Source: Candidatus Saccharimonadota bacterium
GTDB taxonomy: Bacteria; Patescibacteriota; Saccharimonadia; Saccharimonadales; Saccharimonadaceae
Direction of reading: 5' to 3'
Assembly: GCA_001029695.1 (NCBI GenBank)
Contig: CP011211.1
Span: forward strand, 660,001-692,000
Length of the DNA stretch: 32,000 nt
Shown here: positions 1 to 8,294 of the stretch, piece after piece
Numbering within the stretch: position 1 is the first letter of the stretch
How the letters are laid out: the number at the start of each line of letters is the position of its first letter
Position numbers and translations under genes: made by a program
Notes under the pieces: model-generated
Told to the model about the DNA's origin: nothing
What the model saw: the letters and a program-made list of their open reading frames with translations, nothing else
Databases searched by the model: none

Positions 1-159
1 GCAGCGCGTACTCAGATTAACGCGCTACCACCACTATATATTCGCCTCGCCGGCACTAACTTTGAACAGGCTGTCGAACTCCTCACTGCAGAGCAAATCA
101 CTACCCTTTCGACACTCGAGTCATGCATCGAAGCGGTAAAAACGAAAGGGAAGTCATAG
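1..159 (+). CDS. sucC: Succinyl-CoA synthetase beta subunit, C-terminal fragment (5' end outside window)
   Basis: Frame +1 is open from base 1 to TAG at 157-159. It translates to AARTQINALPPLYIRLAGTNFEQAVELLTAEQITTLSTLESCIEAVKTKGKS, resembling the conserved RL.GTN...A..L C-terminal region of SucC. The stop lies 2 nt before the sucD start, the canonical sucCD arrangement. It is absent from the ORF track because it has no start codon in the window. Confidence 0.6.
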   Translation, partial: AARTQINALPPLYIRLAGTNFEQAVELLTAEQITTLSTLESCIEAVKTKGKS

Positions 160-161
160 TT

Positions 162-1022
162 ATGAAAAGCTCTCTTCTTACCGCTCAAAATGTTATCATA
201 CAGGGCATCACTGGAGCGCACGGTGCATTTCATGCTCAAGCTATGAAGAACTCTGGTACGGGCATCGTTGCTGGCACTTCACCAAATAAAGCTGGTCAGT
301 TCATCGATACTATTCCGGTATATAATTCGATCAAAGATATTCAGAAAGATTTCACTGTCGATATTAGCGTTATATTTGTACCACCAGCATTTGCAAAATC
401 CGCCATTATCGAAGCAATCTCAGCAAAAATCCCACTCATCGTCTGTATCACTGAAGGTATTCCAATTCATGATATGTTGCAAATAAAACAACATCTAGAA
501 AAGGGGAGTAGTACACTTATCGGACCAAATTGCCCCGGAGTACTCATACCCGGCAACAATAAGCTCGGCATCATCCCCGCTCACTTGTCACTCCCGGGAT
601 CAGTCGGGCTTGTGAGCCGATCTGGTACACTCACCTACGAAGCGATGGACGGCCTAACTCGCCGCAACATCGGTCAGCGCTACATCGTTGGCATTGGCGG
701 TGACCGAATACCCGGTACAAGCTTCATCGATACACTCGCTTTATTTGAGTCCGACCCAACAGTCGAGCAAATCGTGATGATCGGCGAGATTGGCGGTACA
801 AGCGAGATTGAAGCTGCAGACTATATTCATCAGCACGTCACAAAGCCAGTCTACGCCTACGTCACTGGCCACCATGCTCCCGAAGGTGTACAACTCGGTC
901 ATGCAGGTGCGATCCTTGGTAGTGCCGATGAGTCTGCGGTAGCAAAAACTCAGTATTTAGCACAATGCAACGTTCATACTGCAAACAGTATCACCCAACT
1001 AGTGAAGATGATTCCTGCATGA
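162..1022 (+). CDS. sucD: Succinyl-CoA synthetase alpha subunit (CoA-binding, phosphohistidine subunit)
   Basis: Full-length match by eye to the SucD family: [39 protein letters not shown] and the catalytic His loop QLGHAGAI. I prefer ATG at 162 (MKSSLL...), preceded by AAAGGGAAG, over the track start at 123, which would overlap sucC. Confidence 0.9.
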   Translation: MKSSLLTAQNVIIQGITGAHGAFHAQAMKNSGTGIVAGTSPNKAGQFIDTIPVYNSIKDIQKDFTVDISVIFVPPAFAKSAIIEAISAKIPLIVCITEGIPIHDMLQIKQHLEKGSSTLIGPNCPGVLIPGNNKLGIIPAHLSLPGSVGLVSRSGTLTYEAMDGLTRRNIGQRYIVGIGGDRIPGTSFIDTLALFESDPTVEQIVMIGEIGGTSEIEAADYIHQHVTKPVYAYVTGHHAPEGVQLGHAGAILGSADESAVAKTQYLAQCNVHTANSITQLVKMIPA

Positions 1023-1140
1023 TGCAAGCATTTCTCCTATTTATGAAATAATTGCTTAATTCGGATATATATCCTATGTCGACCATGAAGACTTTTAAAT
1101 ATTCTTGCATATTAGCTCTTCGGACGTTATTTTACTGTTT

Positions 1141-2154
1141 TTAGTACTTAGTAATAATCTTTAGGATATTATCCGATAATTCATCAAATTCTTGTTTGGC
1201 TTTTTCAAGATTATCGTAGGTACCTTGCTTTAGGTTCGCAGGATTTATATCAAAGATTGCTTTTCCGTCTTTATGACAAAGCGCGGGTATCATGCCGTAA
1301 TCTTGTATGTTATGAAGCGGCGCAGAATAACTTGCAGCTACAAGTCCGTTTCGACAATGCTTCTCCGACAAATACGTCTTCACACTCTCTGGAATTCTAT
1401 CGATCCACTGTTGATGATCCTTGATCGGCTTTTCGCTATAGACATTATATGAATTTAGTATATAGCCAATAAACAAGCCCTCTCCATCAAGTACAAACTG
1501 ACGCTCTGTCGAACCACTTAGTGCCTGACCGGTATCCTTCCAGTTACGTTTCCACTCCTCAAGCTTAAGACCAAGATTCTCAATACCTTGCAGGCTAAAC
1601 GCATCTGGGTTCATAGGTACAGCGAAATAATCAGTGCCAAGAAGTATCACTCGGTTGAGTCGCCCCATCGTCGGAGAGGTGTCTATGACAAATATATCAA
1701 CATCGTCTGTCATTCCTTTTTCTCTCATAAATCGATCGATAGCGCTCGTAACGAAATATCCGTTCTGATTGCCACCTGCGGCATTACCAAACGCCGTGCT
1801 TAGCAGCTCTTCATAGTCAGAGAGTCGTAGATCGCCCCTAAGGAGGGATAAGTTTTTTGGCGACGCCTTCACTGGCTCAAAAGTTGCACCAAGATCGATA
1901 TCCCCGCCACCGTTAATTACTCCGCCAAGAACATCGTAGATAGTTTTTGATATGTGAGAAAAAAGCGTATTTTCGTAGTACTCCTCGCCGAGCGCAAGCC
2001 GCGTCAAGTTACACTGTGGGTCGAGATCAATTAGTACAGTTTTATAGCCCTTATTGGCAAACTCAACCGCAGTATTAAACGCGAGCGTCGTCTTTCCTAC
2101 TCCGCCCTTGTTATTAAAAAACGTTAGTTTTTTTGCTCTGGGAAATTTCTTCAT
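1141..2154 (-). CDS. ParA/MinD-family P-loop ATPase, orphan, with extended C-terminal region
   Basis: 337-aa ORF with the deviant Walker A FFNNKGGVGKTTLAFN and a DLDPQ motif typical of ParA/Soj/MinD ATPases. It is clearly longer than typical chromosomal Soj. No ParB-like ORF is adjacent. Confidence 0.8.
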   Translation of the reverse strand: MKKFPRAKKLTFFNNKGGVGKTTLAFNTAVEFANKGYKTVLIDLDPQCNLTRLALGEEYYENTLFSHISKTIYDVLGGVINGGGDIDLGATFEPVKASPKNLSLLRGDLRLSDYEELLSTAFGNAAGGNQNGYFVTSAIDRFMREKGMTDDVDIFVIDTSPTMGRLNRVILLGTDYFAVPMNPDAFSLQGIENLGLKLEEWKRNWKDTGQALSGSTERQFVLDGEGLFIGYILNSYNVYSEKPIKDHQQWIDRIPESVKTYLSEKHCRNGLVAASYSAPLHNIQDYGMIPALCHKDGKAIFDINPANLKQGTYDNLEKAKQEFDELSDNILKIITKY

Positions 2155-2225
2155 CTTACCTATAATAGTACCATAGTAGCTCAGATTAAAAGTGCTCTCT
2201 ATCTGTTATACTATTAGTTATATCC

Positions 2226-3170
2226 ATGAAAAAAACCATCACGATACTCATTCCGGCATACAACGAAGCGCCAGTTCTTGATTCGCTTTACAGCCGCCTT
2301 GACGCGCTGAGTAAGACCTTGAAGGATTTCCAGCTTGAATTTTTATTTGTTAATGACGGCAGCCGCGATGAAACTCTCGAAATAATCACTCGCTTTTCTA
2401 AAAAAGACCAGCGCGTTTCCTACCTAAACCTATCTCGTAATTTTGGAAAAGAAATAGCTATGGCCGCAGGGATCGATCATGTCACAAGTGATGCACTTGT
2501 GATTATTGACGCTGATCTGCAAGATCCACCGGAGTTGATTCCGGAGATGGTGCACTACTGGCAAGAAGGTTATGATGATATCTACGCAAGACGAAGTAGT
2601 CGTCACGGTGAAACTTGGTTTAAAAAATTTACCTCAAAATACTTTTACCGAGTCCTTGAAAAAAGTACTGATATACCAATTCAAAGAGACACCGGTGACT
2701 TTCGTCTCTTAAGTCGTCGTTGTATTGAAGCACTTCAGCAGATCCGTGAACGTGAGCGATACACAAAAGGATTCTTCAGCTGGATTGGTTACAAGAAAAA
2801 AGAAATAACTTATATCCGCGACCCACGTGCAGCCGGTGAAACAAAATGGAACTATTTTAAACTTTTCAACCTAGCGATCGACGGTATCACCACCTTTACG
2901 ACCGCTCCTCTTCGAATCGCTTCATTTTTTGGTGTCGTCGTCTCCGCATGTGCATTTTTCTATATTCTCTACCTCGTACTGCGGACAATATTTTTTGGAA
3001 CTGACTTAGCTGGATACCCATCCATGATGGCTGTCATTTTATTTCTCGGTGGTGTTCAGTTGCTGTCGCTCGGTATCATCGGCGAATATATCGCACGTAT
3101 ATTCAATGAAACAAAGCAACGGCCTCTATATTTTATAGAACACTATCATAGAGGTGGAAAAAAGGACTAA
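2226..3170 (+). CDS. Family 2 glycosyltransferase, polyprenyl-phosphate sugar transferase type (GtrB/ArnC/DPM1-like)
   Basis: GT-A motifs ILIPAYNE, VNDGSRD and IDADLQDPP, plus two C-terminal TM helices (FFGVVVSACAFFYILYLVL and MMAVILFLGGVQLLSLGIIG). Confidence 0.85.
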   Translation: MKKTITILIPAYNEAPVLDSLYSRLDALSKTLKDFQLEFLFVNDGSRDETLEIITRFSKKDQRVSYLNLSRNFGKEIAMAAGIDHVTSDALVIIDADLQDPPELIPEMVHYWQEGYDDIYARRSSRHGETWFKKFTSKYFYRVLEKSTDIPIQRDTGDFRLLSRRCIEALQQIRERERYTKGFFSWIGYKKKEITYIRDPRAAGETKWNYFKLFNLAIDGITTFTTAPLRIASFFGVVVSACAFFYILYLVLRTIFFGTDLAGYPSMMAVILFLGGVQLLSLGIIGEYIARIFNETKQRPLYFIEHYHRGGKKD

Positions 3171-3173
3171 CTC

Positions 3174-4262
3174 ATGCATATTGCCGTCGACGCCCGAATC
3201 ATTAACTCAACCACCGGCCGCTACGTAGAGCGGCTTCTCCACTACCTAGAGCAGGTCGATAAGACAAATACCTATACAATACTTGTACGAAAAAAGGATC
3301 TCAACTTTTGGAAACCAACGAATAATAATTTTTCAGTTCTCGAAGCTGACTTTTCCGACTACTCATTTGGTGAGCAGGTCGGCCTCTTGAAGCTGCTTAG
3401 TGAGCTCAAGCCTGATTTAGTACATTTCTGCATGCCTCAGCAGCCGATACTCTACAAAGGCACACACGTCACCACGATGCACGACCTTACACTTCTAAAA
3501 ACCTATAATTCAGATAAAAATTGGCTCGCGTTTCACATAAAGCAGCTTATTGGGAGGGGTGTGTTTTGGTGGATTGCTCGCTCGAGCGCTGAAATTATCA
3601 CACCTTCAATGTTTACAAAAGTAGAATATCAAAAATTCGCTCGGATTGATTCAGAGAAAATACATGTCATATACGAATCTGCCGACATTGGTAAAAAAAG
3701 GCCAAAGAAATACAGTGGCACTGCAAAGAAATACATCCTATATGTCGGTCAACAAAGTGACTATAAAAACGTCCGAAGATTAGCAAGCGCCCATCAACAA
3801 CTACTTGAGAAATATCCAGACCTTCAACTGGTACTTGTTGGTAAGAAGAATACCTCTGCGCTCCGTAACGAGAAGTTGTTTAAAAAGCAGAGCTATAGAA
3901 ATATTCATTTTACCGGGTTTGTTGATGACGCGGAACTTGCATGGCTGTATAAAAACTGCCAAGCGTATATATTTCCTTCGCTCATGGAAGGTTTCGGTCT
4001 TCCTGGCCTCGAGGCAATGCTCTACGGTGCGCCTGTCGTCAGTAGTAACGCCACCTGCCTCCCAGAGGTATATGGCAATGCGGCGCATTATTTCAATCCT
4101 CACTATCCAGGCGATATCGCACAAGCAATCGATGAGGTCCTCCGTGATGACAAGCTTCGCGCACAACTAATAAAAAACGGCGCTCAACAAGTCAAGAAAT
4201 ACTCTTGGAAAAAAATGGCTCAAGAAACACTAAAAGTATACAAAAAAGCGACTACAAAATAG
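3174..4262 (+). CDS. GT-B fold glycosyltransferase (family 4-like)
   Basis: 362 aa. The C-terminal region FPSLMEGFGLPGLEAMLYGAPVVSS is typical of Glycos_transf_1/GT4. Three nt (3171-3173) separate the GT2 stop from this start, suggesting a co-transcribed pair. Confidence 0.8.
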   Translation: MHIAVDARIINSTTGRYVERLLHYLEQVDKTNTYTILVRKKDLNFWKPTNNNFSVLEADFSDYSFGEQVGLLKLLSELKPDLVHFCMPQQPILYKGTHVTTMHDLTLLKTYNSDKNWLAFHIKQLIGRGVFWWIARSSAEIITPSMFTKVEYQKFARIDSEKIHVIYESADIGKKRPKKYSGTAKKYILYVGQQSDYKNVRRLASAHQQLLEKYPDLQLVLVGKKNTSALRNEKLFKKQSYRNIHFTGFVDDAELAWLYKNCQAYIFPSLMEGFGLPGLEAMLYGAPVVSSNATCLPEVYGNAAHYFNPHYPGDIAQAIDEVLRDDKLRAQLIKNGAQQVKKYSWKKMAQETLKVYKKATTK

Positions 4263-4290
4263 TCGCTTTTAGATTTAATACCCTCAGCCT

Positions 4291-4752
4291 CTACGAACTC
4301 TGCTGAGCGATAATAATACGACGCTCTCGTCCTTCACCCTCAGAGAATGTGCGGATATCAGAATACTCGCTCGCAACTCGGTGGACTATACGACGGTCTG
4401 CGGCATTGAGATCAGCAATATACGAATCACCCGTACGAAGCACTTCTTCAATCCACTCTTTCGCTTGCTTGGCTACTTTATCTGCACGCTGCTTTTTATA
4501 GTCAGCAATATCCACATTTACCCGACTAATCGCAGCCTCTTGGTTGCGAAGAGTCGTTGATACAAGATACTGAATACTACGAAGCGTTTCGGCGTTACGG
4601 CCAATAAGGAGGCTTGTGAGATCAGAAGCAGGTACAGAAAGCTCGATAACATCATCTTCAAGCTTGGTTGTTATCTCTGCATTGATACCGAAAAATGACA
4701 ATAGGTCTGCGAGATACTTTTCTGCGAATTGAACTGATTGCTGCTGATCCAT
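4291..4752 (-). CDS. jag: Jag/KhpB-like RNA-binding protein (KH + R3H)
   Basis: 153 aa with an R3H-like segment, DLNAADRRIVHRVASEYSDIRTFSEGEGRERRIII. It lies directly downstream of yidC, as in the conserved rpmH-rnpA-yidC-jag operon. Confidence 0.75.
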   Translation of the reverse strand: MDQQQSVQFAEKYLADLLSFFGINAEITTKLEDDVIELSVPASDLTSLLIGRNAETLRSIQYLVSTTLRNQEAAISRVNVDIADYKKQRADKVAKQAKEWIEEVLRTGDSYIADLNAADRRIVHRVASEYSDIRTFSEGEGRERRIIIAQQSS

Positions 4753-4757
4753 ACAAA

Positions 4758-5726
4758 TTACTTCCTCTTCTTAGTTTTTGACTTCTTGTCGGCCCCATCT
4801 TTTGCGACAATTCGTGTCACAGTTGCTTCTGGTGCCTTGTCAGCTCGTGCTTTTGCGGCAGCTTTTTGTGTCGCTTTTTTCGCAGGTTTATGAGGTTCAC
4901 TCGCAATCTCTTCTAGTTCATGCTCATCTTGTTTCAAAATGAAGTGCTGTTGGATCACAGCTACAATATTTGAAACGCCATAATACAACGCAATAGCGCC
5001 TGGTAGGCTAATCATTACGAAGAACATGAAGAATGGAAGAAGTTTCATCATCTTCATCATAACGACATTGTTGATCTCTGACTGATCAGCTTCTTTACCT
5101 TCAGATGCTTCACTCAGTATCTGACGAAGACCCTTTTTGCTCTCAGTTTGAGGCATTGTCTGCTTTGACATAATATACTGCGTACCAGCAGCAACTACTG
5201 CAAGTATAAGGAGGAAGATATCAACACCCTCAGCACTAAAGGCGTGCTTAGTGAGGTCAACTACTCCGAGTAGCTTTTCATTGAACTGCTCAGGATGTTC
5301 AATGATATGCTTGATCGCTGGCACACCTTCAAGGAAGTTGTACGTGAACTGCTCTACCTTTTCGCGGTGAAGCGTAAAGATCTGAATAACATAGTACAGC
5401 GCAATAAAAATCGGCAATTGAATCAGCAGGATACCGATCGAACGGAATGGACTAACTCCATGTTTTTTATAGAGCTCCATCATCTGCATAGCTTGCAGCT
5501 GCTTGTTGCCTTTAGTCTTTTTCTTGATTCGCTCCAGCTCTGGCTGTAGGCGTCGCATCGCCTTTACTTGATGGAGTTGTTTCTTAATCAGCGGATACAT
5601 CGCGAAACGAAGCAGTATCGTAAAGATAATGATACTCACACCAAAGTCACTACCAGGCACAATCGCATACAGCGCCATCAGAAGGTTAAAGATCGGCTGT
5701 ACGATCAGTACGTCAAAAATATTCAC
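4758..5726 (-). CDS. yidC: Membrane protein insertase YidC (short monoderm type)
   Basis: 322 aa. YidC/Oxa1 core pattern: GVSIIIFTILLRFAMYPL, QPELERIKKK....ELYKKHGVSPF and multiple TM helices. It has a lysine-rich C-terminal tail and is syntenic with rnpA. Confidence 0.9.
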   Translation of the reverse strand: MNIFDVLIVQPIFNLLMALYAIVPGSDFGVSIIIFTILLRFAMYPLIKKQLHQVKAMRRLQPELERIKKKTKGNKQLQAMQMMELYKKHGVSPFRSIGILLIQLPIFIALYYVIQIFTLHREKVEQFTYNFLEGVPAIKHIIEHPEQFNEKLLGVVDLTKHAFSAEGVDIFLLILAVVAAGTQYIMSKQTMPQTESKKGLRQILSEASEGKEADQSEINNVVMMKMMKLLPFFMFFVMISLPGAIALYYGVSNIVAVIQQHFILKQDEHELEEIASEPHKPAKKATQKAAAKARADKAPEATVTRIVAKDGADKKSKTKKRK

Positions 5727-5780
5727 ACAGTTCTCCAGTTAAATTAGCTCGTTACTTTAGCTAATTATACCACTAAGTAA

Positions 5781-6131
5781 CTACTTTTTATAGATATCAG
5801 CCGAGGTGATCAGCTGGCGAATCATCGCAACTAACTCATCATGCGGCATCGTCATTACTTCACTTGAGAAAACCAAAAATACCATATCGTATGGTCCATC
5901 AAGCTGCGGAAGTTCCGCTCGAATAATCTCATATAGGCGGCGGCGTACGCGATTACGACCAACCGCGCTCTTAAGTACTTTTTTACTAATCACTACAGCT
6001 ACTCGGGGAGTTCGACGCTTTGGATGCTTGATAAATTTAAAGGTTACCAGACGAGTACGGACGGCGTCGCCATTCTTATATAAGTAGCGCAAACTACCAT
6101 GGCCATGAAAACGATAACGAAATGATAACAT
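5781..6131 (-). CDS. rnpA: Ribonuclease P protein component
   Basis: 116-aa basic protein with the RNR-type motif KKVLKSAVGRNRVRRRLYE. It lies between rpmH and yidC. Confidence 0.85.
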   Translation of the reverse strand: MLSFRYRFHGHGSLRYLYKNGDAVRTRLVTFKFIKHPKRRTPRVAVVISKKVLKSAVGRNRVRRRLYEIIRAELPQLDGPYDMVFLVFSSEVMTMPHDELVAMIRQLITSADIYKK

Positions 6132-6213
6132 AATTAACCTTATTATAAACTAAAAATCACCTACTCTCATGGAATAGGTGATAATCAGACAATACGTTCG
6201 TCAAATAAGTTGA

Positions 6214-6351
6214 CTAAACAGTAAGTTTTGCGCGGCCTTTGATTCGGCGGCGCTTAATCACTGCGCGACCAGCTTTGGTCGAAACGCGTGCGCGGAACCC
6301 GTGAGTACGAGCGCGGTGACGAGTGTGTGGTTGGTGTGTTCGCTTTGGCAT
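6214..6351 (-). CDS. rpmH: 50S ribosomal protein L34
   Basis: Too short for the supplied ORF track. Minus-strand ATG at 6349-6351 to TAG at 6214-6216 translates to [45 protein letters not shown], a canonical L34 sequence. AAGGTAG lies upstream. Confidence 0.9.
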   Translation of the reverse strand: MPKRTHQPHTRHRARTHGFRARVSTKAGRAVIKRRRIKGRAKLTV

Positions 6352-6414
6352 ATCTTTACTACCTTACACTATCCGTCCACTTTTATCAAGTAAGCGGTTC
6401 GGGTTTATGGTTGA

Positions 6415-6444
6415 ATTATACGTCTGGTCATTTCGTAATATAAA
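6415..6444 (-). promoter_or_regulatory. Candidate promoter of the rpmH-rnpA-yidC-jag operon
   Basis: The minus strand reads TTTATA-18 nt-TATAAT, with the -10 at 6415-6420. It lies about 60 nt upstream of the rpmH ATG and next to a DnaA box. The -35 is weak. Confidence 0.35.
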
Positions 6445-6448
6445 AAAC

Positions 6449-6563
6449 TTATCCACTTATTACTCATAGTTATCCACAGATTAATAGATGAGAGCGTCAC
6501 ATGTGGATAACTGCTCTCTCTATTTAGCCTCACTTCATTTAACACTTTTGAAGTTGTGGATAA
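6449..6563. other. oriC part 1: DnaA-box cluster upstream of dnaA
   Basis: TTATCCACT at 6449-6457 (1 mismatch). Perfect TTATCCACA at 6470-6478. Perfect inverted boxes TGTGGATAA at 6502-6510 and 6555-6563. All lie in the rpmH/dnaA divergent intergenic region. Confidence 0.8.
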
Positions 6564-6582
6564 CTCGTTTGTAGCGTATAGT
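6554..6582 (+). promoter_or_regulatory. Candidate dnaA promoter overlapping a DnaA box (autoregulation)
   Basis: TTGTGG-17 nt-TATAGT. The -35 hexamer (6554-6559) overlaps the perfect DnaA box at 6555-6563. GAGGGA at 6625-6630 is a plausible RBS for ATG 6642. Confidence 0.4.
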
Positions 6583-6641
6583 GGAATTCAAATACAGACG
6601 TGGAAAACCGCGACAATGACAAGTGAGGGAAACGAAGTAAT

Positions 6642-8027
6642 ATGCAACATTCGCTATGGCAAAGTGTCTTAGGTGAGATTGAATTGTCCGTATCGCACGC
6701 GACATTCGTAACATGGTTCAAAAATACCGAACTTCTCGATATCACCGACCAACAAGTCACTATTGCTGTTCCGAATATATTTGCCATTCGTCAGTTTGAG
6801 GTAAAGTTCAACGACCAAATAAAAACTATCCTTAAAAAAAATGATGTCACGACCGAAAAGATCGTCTATACCGTAAAAACCGCCGGCAAGCGTACCGTTA
6901 TCAGCCGTGAAACTACTGCGACGAGCGCTCAAGAGTCAGCGGTTGATGAGCTTATCTCAAAGCGCGAGCCACGCCAAAATGCCAGTAGGCCGGCTTCTTC
7001 GACTGCAACAACTGGCGGGTTAAATCCTCGCTACACATTCGACACCTTTATCGTTGGCTCTAGTAACGACCTCGCCTACACTGCATGTCAGGCAGTCGCT
7101 CAATATCCTGGTGTTAAATACAATCCCCTCTATCTCTATGGTGGCGTAGGACTTGGTAAAACGCACCTCATGCAAGCAGTCGGCAATGAAATTACAAAAC
7201 ATCAGCCTGAATCACGCATTCTCTATGTTAGCTCTGAAACATTCGTAAAAGAGTTCCTCGACAGTATCCGTTTCAAAAAGAAGGGGTTTTCCGATAAATA
7301 CCGCAACGTTGACGTCCTTATTATCGACGACATGCAGTTCATTGCCGGAAAAGAAAAGACACAGGAAGAATTCTTCCATACTTTCAATGCACTCCATCAA
7401 AACAACAAACAGATCATCATCAGCAGCGATAAACCGCCAAAAAGCATACCTACACTCACCGAGCGACTCCGGAGTCGCTTCGAAATGGGCATGGCAATTG
7501 ATGTACAAATGCCTGATTTTGAAACTCGTTGCGCTATTCTTGAGGCAAAAGCTTCTCTATCTGGCGTTGAACTCACTCGCGAAACCTCTGAGTACCTCGC
7601 AAACAACATTAAGACAAACATTCGCGAACTCGAGGGTGCACTCAATCAACTTCTTGCCTATGCAGAGATGCGTGGTGTTGAACCGGACATCTCAACTGCT
7701 GAGGGCTTGGTTGGCAATGTTCGTCATTCTCGACCACAGCACATCACACCAAAGCAAATTATTGATAAGACAGCAAAGCATTTTCAGCTGACCTCTCCGG
7801 AGATGTGTAGCGCTCGGCGAGATAAACACATTGTGACTCCTCGTCAAATAGCTATGTACCTCCTACGAAGCGAGCTCCATCTCAGCTTCCCTAAGATTGC
7901 CGGAGAGCTTGGTCGAAAAGATCACACAACTGCTATTCACTCAGTCGAAAAAATCGAGAAATCAATCAAACTCGACTTCTCTATCCGTGAACAAGTAGCA
8001 GAGATTCGGGAGAAACTATATGCTTAA
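6642..8027 (+). CDS. dnaA: Chromosomal replication initiator protein DnaA
   Basis: 461 aa. AAA+ Walker A GGVGLGKTHL, Walker B LIIDDMQF and the C-terminal DNA-binding helix-turn-helix region (RQIAMYLLRSEL..SFPKIAGELG.KDHTTAIHS). Flanked by DnaA boxes. Confidence 0.97.
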   Translation: MQHSLWQSVLGEIELSVSHATFVTWFKNTELLDITDQQVTIAVPNIFAIRQFEVKFNDQIKTILKKNDVTTEKIVYTVKTAGKRTVISRETTATSAQESAVDELISKREPRQNASRPASSTATTGGLNPRYTFDTFIVGSSNDLAYTACQAVAQYPGVKYNPLYLYGGVGLGKTHLMQAVGNEITKHQPESRILYVSSETFVKEFLDSIRFKKKGFSDKYRNVDVLIIDDMQFIAGKEKTQEEFFHTFNALHQNNKQIIISSDKPPKSIPTLTERLRSRFEMGMAIDVQMPDFETRCAILEAKASLSGVELTRETSEYLANNIKTNIRELEGALNQLLAYAEMRGVEPDISTAEGLVGNVRHSRPQHITPKQIIDKTAKHFQLTSPEMCSARRDKHIVTPRQIAMYLLRSELHLSFPKIAGELGRKDHTTAIHSVEKIEKSIKLDFSIREQVAEIREKLYA

Positions 8028-8085
8028 TAGTTGGGGAAAACATGTGTACAACCTGCGAATACAGCTAGGTACAACCTGGGGACGT

Positions 8086-8285
8086 CTATCCACAGATATA
8101 CTTCGTGGCATTACGACGCATAGCAGTGCCTGTGTACATACCCTACTTATACTCATAACTATCCCCATGAATCCACAGAGTTTATCCACACGATTTATTC
8201 GCTATTTCCATCTGTTAAGAGCATCTTATCCCCGCAATCCACAGTACCTACTATTAACCCAACCAAAGAATAAATAAAAAGAAAG
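8086..8285. other. oriC part 2: DnaA-box cluster, DnaA-trio-like triplets and AT-rich stretch in the dnaA-dnaN spacer
   Basis: Six same-orientation boxes: CTATCCACA 8086-8094, CTATCCCCA 8159-8167, GAATCCACA 8169-8177, perfect TTATCCACA 8182-8190, TTATCCCCG 8226-8234 and CAATCCACA 8235-8243. These are followed by CTACTATTA at 8248-8256, then AT-rich AAAGAATAAATAAAAAGAAA at 8265-8284. Confidence 0.7.
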
Positions 8286-8294
8286 GAACTAATA

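Noticed and set aside
1063-1074. The 12-nt palindrome GGATATATATCC between convergent sucD and the ParA-like gene, as a possible terminator
   Set aside because: The stem would be 4-5 bp and mostly A/T, with a minimal loop and no U-tract. That is too weak to call.
3801-4170. A mirror pair of 121-aa ORFs on opposite strands (3801-4166 minus, 3805-4170 plus) inside the GT4 gene
   Set aside because: Both lie wholly within a well-supported GT4 coding frame. They have low-complexity, Arg/Ile-rich translations, no RBS and no family resemblance. They are typical shadow ORFs.
7212-7791. Several 80-160-aa ORFs in alternative frames or strands within dnaA (7212-7508, 7309-7791, 7397-7645)
   Set aside because: All are nested in dnaA, whose frame carries every AAA+ and HTH motif. 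The alternative translations are compositionally odd.
8020-8277. An 85-aa plus-strand ORF filling the dnaA-dnaN spacer
   Set aside because: It overlaps the dnaA stop and is built from the DnaA-box cluster itself (repeated ATCCACA gives the repeated IHR/STD-like codons). It has no RBS. The region is better explained as oriC.
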